Source: an uncultured delta proteobacterium (GTDB lineage Bacteria; Myxococcota; Myxococcia; Myxococcales; Anaeromyxobacteraceae). From it: 36,792 nucleotides of DNA. Position numbers and translations under genes: made by a program. The notes below the pieces were generated by a model, which saw nothing but the letters and a program-made list of their open reading frames with translations, searched no databases and was not told the origin of the DNA. The stretch lies in assembly GCA_963845515.1 (NCBI GenBank), contig CAWJSR010000034.1:1-36792 (forward strand), read 5' to 3'. The first letter of the stretch is position 1; each line of letters starts with the position of its first letter. This document shows, one piece after another, positions 18,834 to 28,331 of this stretch.

Positions 18834-19861
18834 TGGGGAGCGCCCGCTGCGCGCTGGCGCTCGTCGCCGCCCTCTTCCTCCAGGGCTGCGCCCGCACGAC
18901 GCCGCCCTCCGGTCCGGTCCCGCTGGCCATGGTCCCCTCGCAGGGGACGGGGCTCGCGCCGCTCCCGGTCTACATCGCAGGCGACCACTTCGACGCCGCT
19001 TCCCAGACCGACTTCGAGAAGGGCTCCGGCACGCTGGACGCGACCTTCCAGGCCAGGCTCCTGCCGGCTGGCGGTGGCGCCGCGGTCCCGCTCGACGCCG
19101 TCCGGCTGACCGCCGACAAGAGGCTGGAGGCGAGCGTTCCGGCCGGGATCGCGCGCGGCCGCTACGCGCTCGAGGTCACGGATCCGGCGGGACGCGCCGG
19201 CGTCCTCACCCAGGCGTTCCGCGTGGTCATGGCGCCGGAGAGCGTGGCCGGCTTCCGCGTCCTGCCGGAGGAGCCCGCGTTCGCGGGCATCCCCTTCCTC
19301 GTCACACTCACCGCGGTGGACGGCGCGGGCGCGGTGGTCGATGGCTTCGCGGGCAGCGTGCAGTTGACCGACCTGACGGGGACCGTGGCGCCCTCGACGG
19401 CCGGCCCCTTCGCGCTCGGCCGGCTGTCACTCCGGCTCACCATCGCTGCCGTCTCGACCGCAGACGAGGTCACGGCGTCGGACGCCGGTCACTCCGGCAC
19501 GTCGACCGCCTTCGCGGTCGATCCCGGCCCCGCCGTCGCCGTCGCGCTCGCGAACGTCCCCTCGACGCTCGCCCCCGGCACCTGCTCGCAGGCGGTCGCG
19601 GTCGAGCTCCGCGACGCGCTGGGGAACGCCACCCCCGCTCCCTCGGCGATCGAGATCCAGCTGCAGTCGTCGCCGGCCGGCGCCCTGGAGTTCCACGATG
19701 CGGGCGGCGGCTGCACCTCTCCGGTGACCTCGGTCGCGATCCCGCAGGACGCGTCGGTCGCGAGCTTCCGCTTCAAGGGGGCTGCCGCCGGGGCCGCCGC
19801 GATCCGGGCCGTTCCCGCCGGGCTCCCCTCGGCGATCGCGGCAGTGACCGTCTCGCCCTGA
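18833..19861 (+). CDS. Ig-like domain lipoprotein (short paralog of the next gene)
   Basis: TGATG coupling; lipobox LQGC; IPT/Ig-like beta domains. Confidence 0.75.
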   Translation: MGSARCALALVAALFLQGCARTTPPSGPVPLAMVPSQGTGLAPLPVYIAGDHFDAASQTDFEKGSGTLDATFQARLLPAGGGAAVPLDAVRLTADKRLEASVPAGIARGRYALEVTDPAGRAGVLTQAFRVVMAPESVAGFRVLPEEPAFAGIPFLVTLTAVDGAGAVVDGFAGSVQLTDLTGTVAPSTAGPFALGRLSLRLTIAAVSTADEVTASDAGHSGTSTAFAVDPGPAVAVALANVPSTLAPGTCSQAVAVELRDALGNATPAPSAIEIQLQSSPAGALEFHDAGGGCTSPVTSVAIPQDASVASFRFKGAAAGAAAIRAVPAGLPSAIAAVTVSP

Positions 19862-19997
19862 TCCGCCCACCCTGAGCGACATCGACGCCGGCGCACCGAC
19901 ACCAGTCAGCCGGTGTCCCACGGGCAAGGCAGGGCGGGCATCCGGCGTCGAGCGTAAAGTCGACGAGGAGGCGGGGCTCGCTCGCCACGGGGACACG

Positions 19998-22900
19998 ATG
20001 CGGGGACTCGGGGGAATCTCGCCGGCGTTTGCAGTGGTCATCGCGCTCGTCGCGGGCGGCTGCGGTGCGCCAGCCGTCCCTGCTCCTAATCCACTCAGCG
20101 TGACTCCCGATCGCGGCCCGGACTCCCTGGACGTCGCCGTCACGATCCGCGGCTCCGACTTCGCCGCGAGCACGAGCACCGACTTCGCGGGGCGCGACCA
20201 GAGCACCCTCGACGCGCGCTTCGCGGCCTCCCTCGGCACGGTGCCGCTCCTCGACGTCCTGCTCCACTCCGACGGCACGCTCACCGCCACGGTTCCGGCT
20301 GGGATCCCCGTCGGGACTTACGACCTGACGGTGGTGGATCCAGCGGGGCGCGAAGGACGGCTCGCCTCGGCCTATCGGGTGCTCGACGCCGCCGACGCGA
20401 CTCCGCTGGTCGCGGGCTACCGCCTCGACCCCATCGGCCCCCAGCAGGCGTGGACGCCGTTCAGCGCCACGATCACGGCGATCGACGTCGCTGGCTCGAC
20501 AGTGACCGGGTTCAACGGCGCCGTGACGCTGTCGGACCTCACCGGCACCGCCGTCCCGGGCTCGCCCGCGCTCTTCCGGAGCGGCGTCTGGACCGGCCAG
20601 GTGGAGATACGGAGCGCTCACGCCGCCGACGTGCTCACGGTCGACGACGCGCTGGGGCACACCGGCGCGAGCAGCCCGTTCCCCGTCGCCCCCACCTCCG
20701 CGGTCGCGCTCCGGTTCACCACTCCCGCGCGGATCACCGCCGCCGGCGAGTGCTCCGGCTCGTCGCGACCGCTCACCGTCTCCCTCTTCGACGCGTTCGG
20801 CGAGCCGACGCAGGCCGCCGACGACGTCGCGCTCGCCACCGCGCTCAGCCCCTCCGGCCAGATCGACTTCTTCTCCGACGAACAGTGCGCCAACCTCATC
20901 GCCCGGCCCATCGTCGCCGCGGGCCAGCACGCCGCGACGGTCTGGTTCCGCGCGACGCGGGCGGGCGCCGCCACGCTGGCGCTCTCCGCGCCGCCGCTGG
21001 ACGCCGCGCAGCTCCTGACGGTGCTGCCGGGCCCCGCGGGGGCCATCGCCTTCGTCACCCCTCCCCGGACCGTGACCGCGGGGGGCTGCTCCCCGGCAGC
21101 GACCGTCGAGGTGCGGGACGCGTGGGGGAACGTCGTGACGGGTGCTCCCGTGCCGGTGGCTCTCGCTCCCGAGCCGGCGACCGCCACCGACTTCGCGCTC
21201 TTCTCCGACGCCGCGTGCTCCGCGCCCGCGACTGCGACCGCAACGCTCGCCGGGACCGGGCGCGCTGACTTCTGGTTCAAGGGGACCGCGGCCCGGGTCG
21301 TCACGGTCTCCGCCACCGCCGGCCTCGCCACTGCGACGCAGGACGAGACGGTCGCCCCTGCCGCCGCCGACCACCTGGCCTTCACGACGCCGCCCCGCAC
21401 CGCCACCGCCGGCGACTGCTCCGACCCCGTCTCGTTCGAGAGCCGCGATGGGTTCGGGAACCCGTCGCCCGTCATCCTGGAGACTCCCGTCGCCCTCTCC
21501 GCAGCCCCGGGGGCCGGCATCGCGTTCTACTCGGACGCCGCCTGCACGGTGCCGATCACCTCCGTCACCCTCGCCCCGGGTGGCTCGTCCGCGACCGTTC
21601 ACTTCAGCGCAGCCGCAGCCGGGGACGTCTCAGTCACCATCGCCGCCGCCGGCTGGACGCCGCCGAGCCAGACCGAGACGGTGGTCGGAGGGGCTGCCGA
21701 CCACCTCACGTGGGACGAGATCCCGTCGCCGCGGGCGCAGGGGCGCCCCTTCTCGGTGCGGATCGTCGCGGTCGACCGGCTCGGGAACCTGGCGTCGTCC
21801 TTCACCGGGACCGCGACCCTGTCCCTCGTCATGGGCGCGCCGGCCTCCACCCTGACCTGCACCGGCGGCTGCGGCGCCGGGCTGACGACCGGCGCGTTCA
21901 CCGGCGGCGCCTGGAGCGGAACCGTCTCGGTGGGGGCACCGGCGAGCGCCACGCCCGGGACGCCGGACCGACGCCTGCTGGCCACGGCCGGCGCGCTCTC
22001 GGGCACCTCCAACCTCTTCGAGCTGGTCGACGCCCCCGTCCGATCGCCACCGACCGCGCGGCTCTCGGCCGCGCCCCTCGTGACGTGGGTCGGTCAGGCG
22101 GTGACCTTCGACGCGTCCGGCTCGACCGACTTCCAGACGGCGACCGCGGACCTCGAGGTGAGCTGGGACTTCGAGGGGACGGCGGCCACCGCGCCTCCGG
22201 GCGCGGGCTGGAGCGGCTGGACGACGACGCCCGGGACGGCGAGCCATGCGTTCGCGGCCGCGGGCACCTACTCCTCTCGCGTCGCGGTCCGGGACGCCGA
22301 CGGCGATCTGGGCTTCGCCGGCGTCACCGTGATCGTCCGGGCGTCGCGCGACGACGGGCTCTGCCTCGTCGACGTCGAGGAGGCGGCCCTCGACCTCGAC
22401 GACGGCGCGCTCGGCTGCGCCGCCGGCGCCTTCCATGGGACCGACGGCAGGCTCTCGCTCGCCGAGGCGCTGAGGCTGGCGGTCGACGGCGACGTGGTCG
22501 CCTTCTCCCCCTCGATCGGGACGATCGCGACCGGGACGCCCTACGCGGTCACGAAGGCGATCTCGCTCGTCGCCCCGGGCGTGGTCATGACCGGGAGCGC
22601 GATCACCGCGGGCTCCAGGTCGACGACCACGATCGTCGGTCTCGAGCTGACGGGGCCCGGCACCCGCGTGACGGTCCCGAATGGCACCAGGGCCGTCCTC
22701 CTCGACGTCCACCTCCACGACGCCCCCGGGATCGCGTCGGCCGGCACGCTGACGCTCGAGCGGGTCCGGATGGAGCGGTGCGCGGGGACCTGCGTCGTCG
22801 CGAGCGACACGAGCGGGATCGACACCTTCACCGTCCGCCACTCGGACTTCCGCGGCGCGGGCACCGGGGCGGCGCTGGAGCTCGCCGCGTGCGCCTCGAG

Positions 22901-23378
22901 GAAGCTGGCGCTGGACGCGCAGTCCAGCGTCTTCGCCGGGTTCGACTGCGCGATCCGCATCGCCTCCGCGTGCGGTGGGCCGACGACGATCGTCCAGAAC
23001 ACCTTCGAGTCGAACTCCACCGCGATCGCCTACAACCCGGCGGGCGCGTCGTCGATCAACCTGCTCCGCAACAACGTCTTCACCCACCAGGGGATCGCGG
23101 CCGCGTCCGGCTGTGATGGGCTCGGGTTCACGGCTCGCGACCGTCACCTGCTCTGGGCGAACGCCTCCGAGGGCTGCCTCGGCACCGATCCCGACACGTT
23201 GGCGGCCGATCCGCTCTACGTGCTCCCGGGGAGCGGCGACCTCCGGCTGCTCCCAGCGAGCCCGGCCGTCGACGCCGGGATCGACCTCGGCCTCTACGTC
23301 CTCCCCGCCTTCCCCGCTGCGCCCGGCCCCAGGTTCCTCGGCGCCGGCCCCGACCGCGGCGGGCTGGAGTCCTACTGA
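19998..23378 (+). CDS. Large surface lipoprotein: Ig-like repeats, PKD domain, right-handed beta-helix
   Basis: Lipobox AGGC; three F.TP.R...AG.CS repeats; VTFDASGSTD...SWDFEG...GTY (PKD); LSLAEAL, NNVF and DLRLLPASPAVDAG...DRGGLE tail. Confidence 0.8.
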   Translation: MRGLGGISPAFAVVIALVAGGCGAPAVPAPNPLSVTPDRGPDSLDVAVTIRGSDFAASTSTDFAGRDQSTLDARFAASLGTVPLLDVLLHSDGTLTATVPAGIPVGTYDLTVVDPAGREGRLASAYRVLDAADATPLVAGYRLDPIGPQQAWTPFSATITAIDVAGSTVTGFNGAVTLSDLTGTAVPGSPALFRSGVWTGQVEIRSAHAADVLTVDDALGHTGASSPFPVAPTSAVALRFTTPARITAAGECSGSSRPLTVSLFDAFGEPTQAADDVALATALSPSGQIDFFSDEQCANLIARPIVAAGQHAATVWFRATRAGAATLALSAPPLDAAQLLTVLPGPAGAIAFVTPPRTVTAGGCSPAATVEVRDAWGNVVTGAPVPVALAPEPATATDFALFSDAACSAPATATATLAGTGRADFWFKGTAARVVTVSATAGLATATQDETVAPAAADHLAFTTPPRTATAGDCSDPVSFESRDGFGNPSPVILETPVALSAAPGAGIAFYSDAACTVPITSVTLAPGGSSATVHFSAAAAGDVSVTIAAAGWTPPSQTETVVGGAADHLTWDEIPSPRAQGRPFSVRIVAVDRLGNLASSFTGTATLSLVMGAPASTLTCTGGCGAGLTTGAFTGGAWSGTVSVGAPASATPGTPDRRLLATAGALSGTSNLFELVDAPVRSPPTARLSAAPLVTWVGQAVTFDASGSTDFQTATADLEVSWDFEGTAATAPPGAGWSGWTTTPGTASHAFAAAGTYSSRVAVRDADGDLGFAGVTVIVRASRDDGLCLVDVEEAALDLDDGALGCAAGAFHGTDGRLSLAEALRLAVDGDVVAFSPSIGTIATGTPYAVTKAISLVAPGVVMTGSAITAGSRSTTTIVGLELTGPGTRVTVPNGTRAVLLDVHLHDAPGIASAGTLTLERVRMERCAGTCVVASDTSGIDTFTVRHSDFRGAGTGAALELAACASRKLALDAQSSVFAGFDCAIRIASACGGPTTIVQNTFESNSTAIAYNPAGASSINLLRNNVFTHQGIAAASGCDGLGFTARDRHLLWANASEGCLGTDPDTLAADPLYVLPGSGDLRLLPASPAVDAGIDLGLYVLPAFPAAPGPRFLGAGPDRGGLESY

Positions 23379-23425
23379 ACCCCTTCGCTGGCGCCGCTCG
23401 CCGCCCGCTGTAGACTCGACCCGCC

Positions 23426-24724
23426 ATGAAGACCTCTCGACAGGCGCTCCTGCTGACCACCGCCCTCCTCGCTCTGGGCGCGTGCAGCAAGAAGGCACCC
23501 GTCGAAGGGGACGTCAGCGGCGCTGCCGTGGCCGCGCTGGCGCTCGACTCCATCGTGGCCACCTGCGGCAACGCGACCGGTGAGGTGCAGGTGAAGCGGG
23601 CGGGCCTGGCGGCGTGGGAGGCGATCGCGACCGGGACCACCTTCCGCCCCGGCGACGAGGTCCGGACCGGTCCGCTGGCGTTCACGCGCATCGAGTTCCT
23701 CTCAGGCGGGGCGCTCGAGCTGCAGGAGAAGGCCTCGGTCGTCATCGACGTCGCACCGCTCGCGCAGGGGGCGCCGGGGGGCGCCGCTCCGGAGGCGCGT
23801 GTGTCGGTCACCGAGGGAGAGGTCCGCGGCTTCCTCCCGCAGGGGGCGGCCGGCGCGGAGGCGTCGGGGTTGGTGATCCGCGCCGGCGACGGCTCCGAGA
23901 CCAGGCTCACCGCCGCGCCGGGCGACGCGCCGGCGACCTTCCGCGTGACCAGCGGCGCGAAGGGGACCGAGGTCGCGATGACGTCCGGAGAGGCGCGGCT
24001 CGGCTCGGGCGGCGCGAGCAGGGCGCTCAAGCGCGGGCAGGCCGTGGACATGGCGAAGGGCGAGGTGAGCGACCCCGTCGAGCTGATCGACTTCCCGTCC
24101 AGCGCGGAGCCCGGCGTCGACGCGCGCTTCCACTTCAAGCCGGGCATCTCGATCCGGATGACGTGGCGCCCAGTCCCGACCGCCACCGCCTACCGGATCC
24201 AGGTCGGGCGCGATCTCGCCTTCCAGACGATCGACGCCACGAAGGAGCTGAAGGAGACCGGGTTCTCGTTCTCGCCGAGGGGGCCGGGCATGCACTCCTG
24301 GCGCGTGGCGGCCCGGGACGCGAAGGGACGATACAGCGAGTACGGCTTCGCCCGCCGCTTCTACACGGAGAAGGAGCCGCCCCGCGACCTGCTCATCGGC
24401 CCCGAGGACGGCGCCGCGCTCGTCTTCGCGGACGAGGCGCCCCCGATCACCTTCTCGTGGGAATCGGCTGGCGCCGCCGAGAGCTACCGGCTGGTCGTGG
24501 CGCGCGGCCCGGATCTCGTCGCGCAGAAGGTCATCTCCATGGTCTCGGAGGGGCAGCGCGTACAGCTCGAGGGGCTCGCCCCGGGAGAGCTGTACTGGGG
24601 CGTCTACGTCGACGACGAGGAGACGCCTGAGCCCATCTTCGTGAAGCCGCGGAGGCTCAGCCTCCAGCGGGTCGAGAAGCCGAAGGTGACGGTCCCGAAG
24701 GCCCTCACCGACTGGGGAAAGTAG
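23426..24724 (+). CDS. FecR-domain lipoprotein with fibronectin type III-like domains
   Basis: Lipobox LGAC; GEVQVKR..W...GDEVRTG (FecR); W.PV..A..YRIQV and SWRVAARD (FN3-like). Confidence 0.8.
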   Translation: MKTSRQALLLTTALLALGACSKKAPVEGDVSGAAVAALALDSIVATCGNATGEVQVKRAGLAAWEAIATGTTFRPGDEVRTGPLAFTRIEFLSGGALELQEKASVVIDVAPLAQGAPGGAAPEARVSVTEGEVRGFLPQGAAGAEASGLVIRAGDGSETRLTAAPGDAPATFRVTSGAKGTEVAMTSGEARLGSGGASRALKRGQAVDMAKGEVSDPVELIDFPSSAEPGVDARFHFKPGISIRMTWRPVPTATAYRIQVGRDLAFQTIDATKELKETGFSFSPRGPGMHSWRVAARDAKGRYSEYGFARRFYTEKEPPRDLLIGPEDGAALVFADEAPPITFSWESAGAAESYRLVVARGPDLVAQKVISMVSEGQRVQLEGLAPGELYWGVYVDDEETPEPIFVKPRRLSLQRVEKPKVTVPKALTDWGK

Positions 24725-24731
24725 CGTCGGC

Positions 24732-24760
24732 TTGCGGAGCCGGTCGGCGGCCGCTATTCT
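24732..24760 (+). promoter_or_regulatory. sigma70-type promoter of the leader/PheS-like ligase unit
   Basis: TTGCGG-17 nt-TATTCT, ending 7 nt before the leader GTG. Confidence 0.6.
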
Positions 24761-24767
24761 CCTGCTC

Positions 24768-24857
24768 GTGTCTCGTATCTATTGCGCTTGGCGTCGATTT
24801 ACCTGCCCCCGGCCCCTGCCCGGGCCGAGCGGTGCCGCCCTGCGCGTGATGCGGTAA
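24768..24857 (+). CDS. Putative leaderless 29-aa leader peptide MSRIYCAWRRFTCPRPLPGPSGAALRVMR
   Basis: GTG at the predicted +1, TAA at 24855-24857; first half rich in A/T-ending codons; overlaps long stems. Below the ORF-track length cutoff. Confidence 0.6.
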   Translation: MSRIYCAWRRFTCPRPLPGPSGAALRVMR

Positions 24858-24973
24858 CGCTCGACTCAAGCCACCCAACAATCCGGTCCGGGCAAGGTGT
24901 CGGGGGATCCCCTCCTCCAGACGCCGTGCATCCATTTGTCTCGCGCCGACCAGGCGCGCCCCAGCAGAAGAGG
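24806..24973 (+). promoter_or_regulatory. Putative translational attenuator with mutually exclusive stems
   Basis: 24806-24827 pairs with 24884-24906; 24826-24838 with 24851-24863; alternative 24896-24906 with 24914-24925; CCTCCTC 24911-24917 is near-complementary to the SD GAAGAGG 24967-24973. Confidence 0.55.
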
Positions 24974-24981
24974 TCCTCACC

Positions 24982-26124
24982 ATGCCGCACGCAGTCCTCT
25001 CCCCGGAAGCAGCGGAGCGCGCCCTCGCGCTCCGCGATCTCACCGACCCCGCGCAGGGCCCCCACGCCATGCAGCTCCTCGTGGACGCCGCGGTGAGCGC
25101 CCTCGCCACGGCCTGGGGCACGCCCGTGACGCTCGAGCGGGCTCACCCGGTCGTCACGGTGGCAGACAACTACGACGCCCTCCTGTACCCGCCTGGTGGC
25201 GCGGCGCGCGACTCGCGCTACACCCGCTACCTCACCCGGGACACCCTGCTGCGGACGCAGACCTCGACGATGATCCCCCCGCTCCTCCGTCGGCTCGCGA
25301 CGGCGGCACCAGAAGACGTCCTGCTCGCCTGCCCCGGCCTGGTCTGGAGGCGCGACCGGATCGACCGGCTCCACGTCGGCGAGCCACACCAGCTCGACCT
25401 CTGGAGGATCCGCAAGGGCGCGGCGCTCGCGGGCAACGAGCTGGACGAGATGATCCGGCTGGTCGTCGGCGCCGTCGCGCCCGGCCGGGAGCTCCGCACG
25501 GAGCGGACCGTCCACCCGTACACGGCCGGAGGGCTGGAGGTGTACGTCCGCGCCGGCGAGGAGTGGGTCGAGGTGGCCGAGTGCGGGGTGGCCCACCCGC
25601 GGCTGCTGCGCGACGCGGGGCTCCCGCTCGAGTACAGCGGCCTCGCCATGGGGCTGGGGCTCGACCGGCTCCTCATGCTCGCCAAGGGGATCGAGGACAT
25701 CCGGGCGATCCGCTCGGCCGATCCGCGGGTGGCCGGTCAGCTGCTCGATCTCTCCCCCTACCGGCCCGTCTCCCGCCACCCACCGGTGCGGCGCGACCTG
25801 TCGCTCGCCGTCGGGGAGCGGCTCACGCCGGAGGAGCTCGGCGATCGCGTCCGCGAGGCGCTCGGCCCGCACGTCGTCGACGTCGAGTCGATCGAGCTGC
25901 TCTCCGAGGCGTGGGCCGCTGAGCTCGCCGCGCCGGCTCGCGAGCGGCTGGGGCTGCGCCCCGGGCAGAAGAACGCGCTCGTCCGGATCACGCTGCGCGC
26001 CGTCGGGCGGACGCTCACCGACGCGGAGGCCAACAGGCTGCGGGACGAGGTCTACGCCGCGCTGCACGAGGGGAGCCGCTCCGAGTGGGCGTGCGGCGCC
26101 CCGCCATACGCCCAGGCCTCCTGA
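24982..26124 (+). CDS. srmL: Single-chain PheS-related ligase with FDX-ACB anticodon-binding domain (SrmL-type)
   Basis: RDLTDP..GPHA, DNYDAL, LLRTQTS, motif 2 RRDRIDRLHVGEPHQ, HPYT, EVAECG, motif 3 GLAMGLGLDRL, PPVRRDLS. Confidence 0.82.
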   Translation: MPHAVLSPEAAERALALRDLTDPAQGPHAMQLLVDAAVSALATAWGTPVTLERAHPVVTVADNYDALLYPPGGAARDSRYTRYLTRDTLLRTQTSTMIPPLLRRLATAAPEDVLLACPGLVWRRDRIDRLHVGEPHQLDLWRIRKGAALAGNELDEMIRLVVGAVAPGRELRTERTVHPYTAGGLEVYVRAGEEWVEVAECGVAHPRLLRDAGLPLEYSGLAMGLGLDRLLMLAKGIEDIRAIRSADPRVAGQLLDLSPYRPVSRHPPVRRDLSLAVGERLTPEELGDRVREALGPHVVDVESIELLSEAWAAELAAPARERLGLRPGQKNALVRITLRAVGRTLTDAEANRLRDEVYAALHEGSRSEWACGAPPYAQAS

Positions 26125-26174
26125 ACACGACCGGTCAAGGCGAGATTCCCAGGTGGAGCGCGTCTCCACGTCCG

Positions 26175-26202
26175 TTGACCGCCGACCGCGGTCCAATAGA
26201 CT
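26175..26202 (+). promoter_or_regulatory. sigma70 promoter, leaderless layout
   Basis: TTGACC-16 nt-TAGACT, 6 nt before ATG 26209; no SD. Confidence 0.6.
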
Positions 26203-26208
26203 TCGGCC

Positions 26209-26673
26209 ATGCCCAACGCCCCAGAGGTCACAGCGGCGATCGAGAGCTTCGAGCAGGGCTTCAACTGCGCGCAGGCGGTCCTCACCGCCTTCGCCCCCCG
26301 ACACGGGCTGTCGAAGGAGCACGCGCTGAAGGTGTCATGCGCCTTCGGCTCCGGGATGATGCGCGGCTCCACCTGCGGCGCGGTCACCGGATCCCTGATG
26401 GTCATCGGCCTGGCGCACGGCCGCTGCCGGGCGGACGACATGCAGGCGCGCTCCAAGACCTACGCGCTGGCGCAGGCGTTCCAGGACCGGTTCGAGACCG
26501 TGCACGGGACCTGCAACTGCGAGGAGCTGCTGGGGCTCGACCCGACCACGCCCGAGGGGCGGCAGGCGGCGCTGGACCGCGGCCTCTTCGAGTCGCGGTG
26601 CCCGACGTTCGTCAGGTCGGCGGTCGGGATCCTGCTGGACATGGTCTACGCGGAGCCGGAGCGCAGCCCGTAG
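26209..26673 (+). CDS. C-GCAxxG-C-C family putative redox protein
   Basis: FNCAQAVL, FGSGM, TCGAVTG, NCEELLG, RCPTFV. Confidence 0.9.
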   Translation: MPNAPEVTAAIESFEQGFNCAQAVLTAFAPRHGLSKEHALKVSCAFGSGMMRGSTCGAVTGSLMVIGLAHGRCRADDMQARSKTYALAQAFQDRFETVHGTCNCEELLGLDPTTPEGRQAALDRGLFESRCPTFVRSAVGILLDMVYAEPERSP

Positions 26674-26708
26674 GGTTCGGTCGGCGTCGCGAAGCTCCGG
26701 CGGGAGCC

Positions 26709-28331
26709 TCAGAAGCGCCGGAACCCTGCGTCCGAGGCGGCGTTTGCCGCCGGCCGGGGCAGCGCCGGGACGACCGCGCGCGCGCCGGGGCGCACGTGCG
26801 GCGACGGCAGCTCCCTGGCGGCGCCGCGCTGCTCGCGCACCCGGAAGAACGCGACGAGCTGCTGCAGCGCCTGGGCCTGCGCGGCCACCTCCTCGGCGGT
26901 CGAGGAGAGCTCCTCCGCCGCCGACGCGTTCCGCTGCGTCACCTGGTCCACGACCCCCATCGCCTTGGAGACCTGGGCCACGCCCGACGACTGCTCCTGC
27001 GACGCGGCCGACACCTCCTGGACCAGGTCGGCCGTCTTCCGGATCGCCGGGACCAGCTCGCCGAGGAGCCTGCCGCTGCGCTCCGCCACCTGGACGCTCT
27101 CGCCGGCGAGCGAGCCGATCTCTCCCGCCGCCTTCTGGGCGCGCTCGGCCAGCTTGCGCACCTCCGTGGCCACGACCGCGAACCCCCGGCCGTGCTCCCC
27201 GGCGCGCGCGGCCTCGATCGCGGCGTTCAGCGCCAGCAGGTTGGTCTGGTAGGCGATCTCCTCGACGATCCCGATCTTGTCGGCGATGGAGCGCATGGCG
27301 GCCACCGTCGCGGCGACGCTCGCGCCGCTCTCCTCGGCGCTGGCGGAGCCGCTCCGGGCCATCGCCTCGGTCTGGCCGGCGTTCGCGGCGTTCTGCTGGA
27401 TCGAGGCGCTCATCTCCTCGAGCGAGGAGGTCGTCTCCTCCACGCTGGCCGCCTGCTCGCCCGTCCCCTGCGACACCGTCTGCGCAGTCGCAGAGAGCTG
27501 CTCCGACGCCCCCGTGAGGGCCTGCGCCCCGCCCCGCACCTCCCCGATGACCTCGGCGAGCCGCTCGGCCATCCCGCGCATCGCCTCCTGCAGCTCGCTC
27601 ACCTCGTCCCGCCCCTCGACGTCCACGGCCTCCCGGACGTCGCCCGCCGCCACCCGCCGCGCGAGGGCCACCACCTTCGCCATCGGGGCGGTGATGCTGC
27701 GGCTCAGGACCCAGGCCGCGACCACGATCAGGACGGCGGCGATCGCGAGGATCGCCGCGAGCAGCGACCTCACCCGTGCGAAGCCCTCCCGCCCCGCCGC
27801 AGCCGCCTCCTCGATCTTCGCCCCCTCGCGGGCGATGAAGTCGCGCCAGGCGTCGGCGACGTCGGTGCGCGCCGAGAAGGCGACCCCGAGTGCCACGGCC
27901 CGGGAGGCGCCGCCGCGCTCCTCCGTGAGTGCGCGCCGCGCGCGCTCGACGGCGGCGGTGAGCGCGTCCCCCGCCTCGACGACCTTCCGGAACGTGGGGG
28001 ACGAGGCGTCGCGGCCCAGCAGCCCCTCAAGCGCCCGAAGATCCTCCGAGCTCCTCCGCCGGCTGTCGTCGACGGCGGCGAGGTGCCGCTCGGCCTCGAC
28101 GCGGTCGCCGGCAGCGAACGCCATGGCGAGCAGCGTCGAGCCCTCCGCAGCCCGGGAAGCGGCGCCGTGCGCGAGCTCGACGCGGCGCCACTGGCCGGTC
28201 GCCGCCTCAGTGAGCCGGGTCTCGACCCCGCCCATGAGGAAGAGCATGAGCCAGACGATCGCGATCGAGATCGTCACGTAGATGGTGAATGCCGCGGCGA
28301 GCCGACTCCCGATCCTGACGTTCCTGATCAA
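26709..28331 (-). CDS. Methyl-accepting chemotaxis protein
   Basis: Two TMs, [35 protein letters not shown]-terminal GFRRF pentapeptide. Confidence 0.95.
   Translation of the reverse strand: MIRNVRIGSRLAAAFTIYVTISIAIVWLMLFLMGGVETRLTEAATGQWRRVELAHGAASRAAEGSTLLAMAFAAGDRVEAERHLAAVDDSRRRSSEDLRALEGLLGRDASSPTFRKVVEAGDALTAAVERARRALTEERGGASRAVALGVAFSARTDVADAWRDFIAREGAKIEEAAAAGREGFARVRSLLAAILAIAAVLIVVAAWVLSRSITAPMAKVVALARRVAAGDVREAVDVEGRDEVSELQEAMRGMAERLAEVIGEVRGGAQALTGASEQLSATAQTVSQGTGEQAASVEETTSSLEEMSASIQQNAANAGQTEAMARSGSASAEESGASVAATVAAMRSIADKIGIVEEIAYQTNLLALNAAIEAARAGEHGRGFAVVATEVRKLAERAQKAAGEIGSLAGESVQVAERSGRLLGELVPAIRKTADLVQEVSAASQEQSSGVAQVSKAMGVVDQVTQRNASAAEELSSTAEEVAAQAQALQQLVAFFRVREQRGAARELPSPHVRPGARAVVPALPRPAANAASDAGFRRF

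Noticed and set aside
16860..23498. Long antisense and alternate-frame ORFs (e.g. 16860..18779, 19773..21602, 21630..23498)
   Set aside because: Arg/Gly/Pro-rich shadows expected in very GC-rich coding DNA; no motifs.
24768..24981. T-box riboswitch or pheM-type transcription attenuator
   Set aside because: No T-box consensus, only one Phe codon and no U-tailed terminator; translational attenuation fits better.
24782..25096. 104-aa TTG-start ORF over the ligase leader
   Set aside because: Overlaps the ligase out of frame, has no RBS and starts away from the predicted +1; the 29-aa ORF fits the promoter better.
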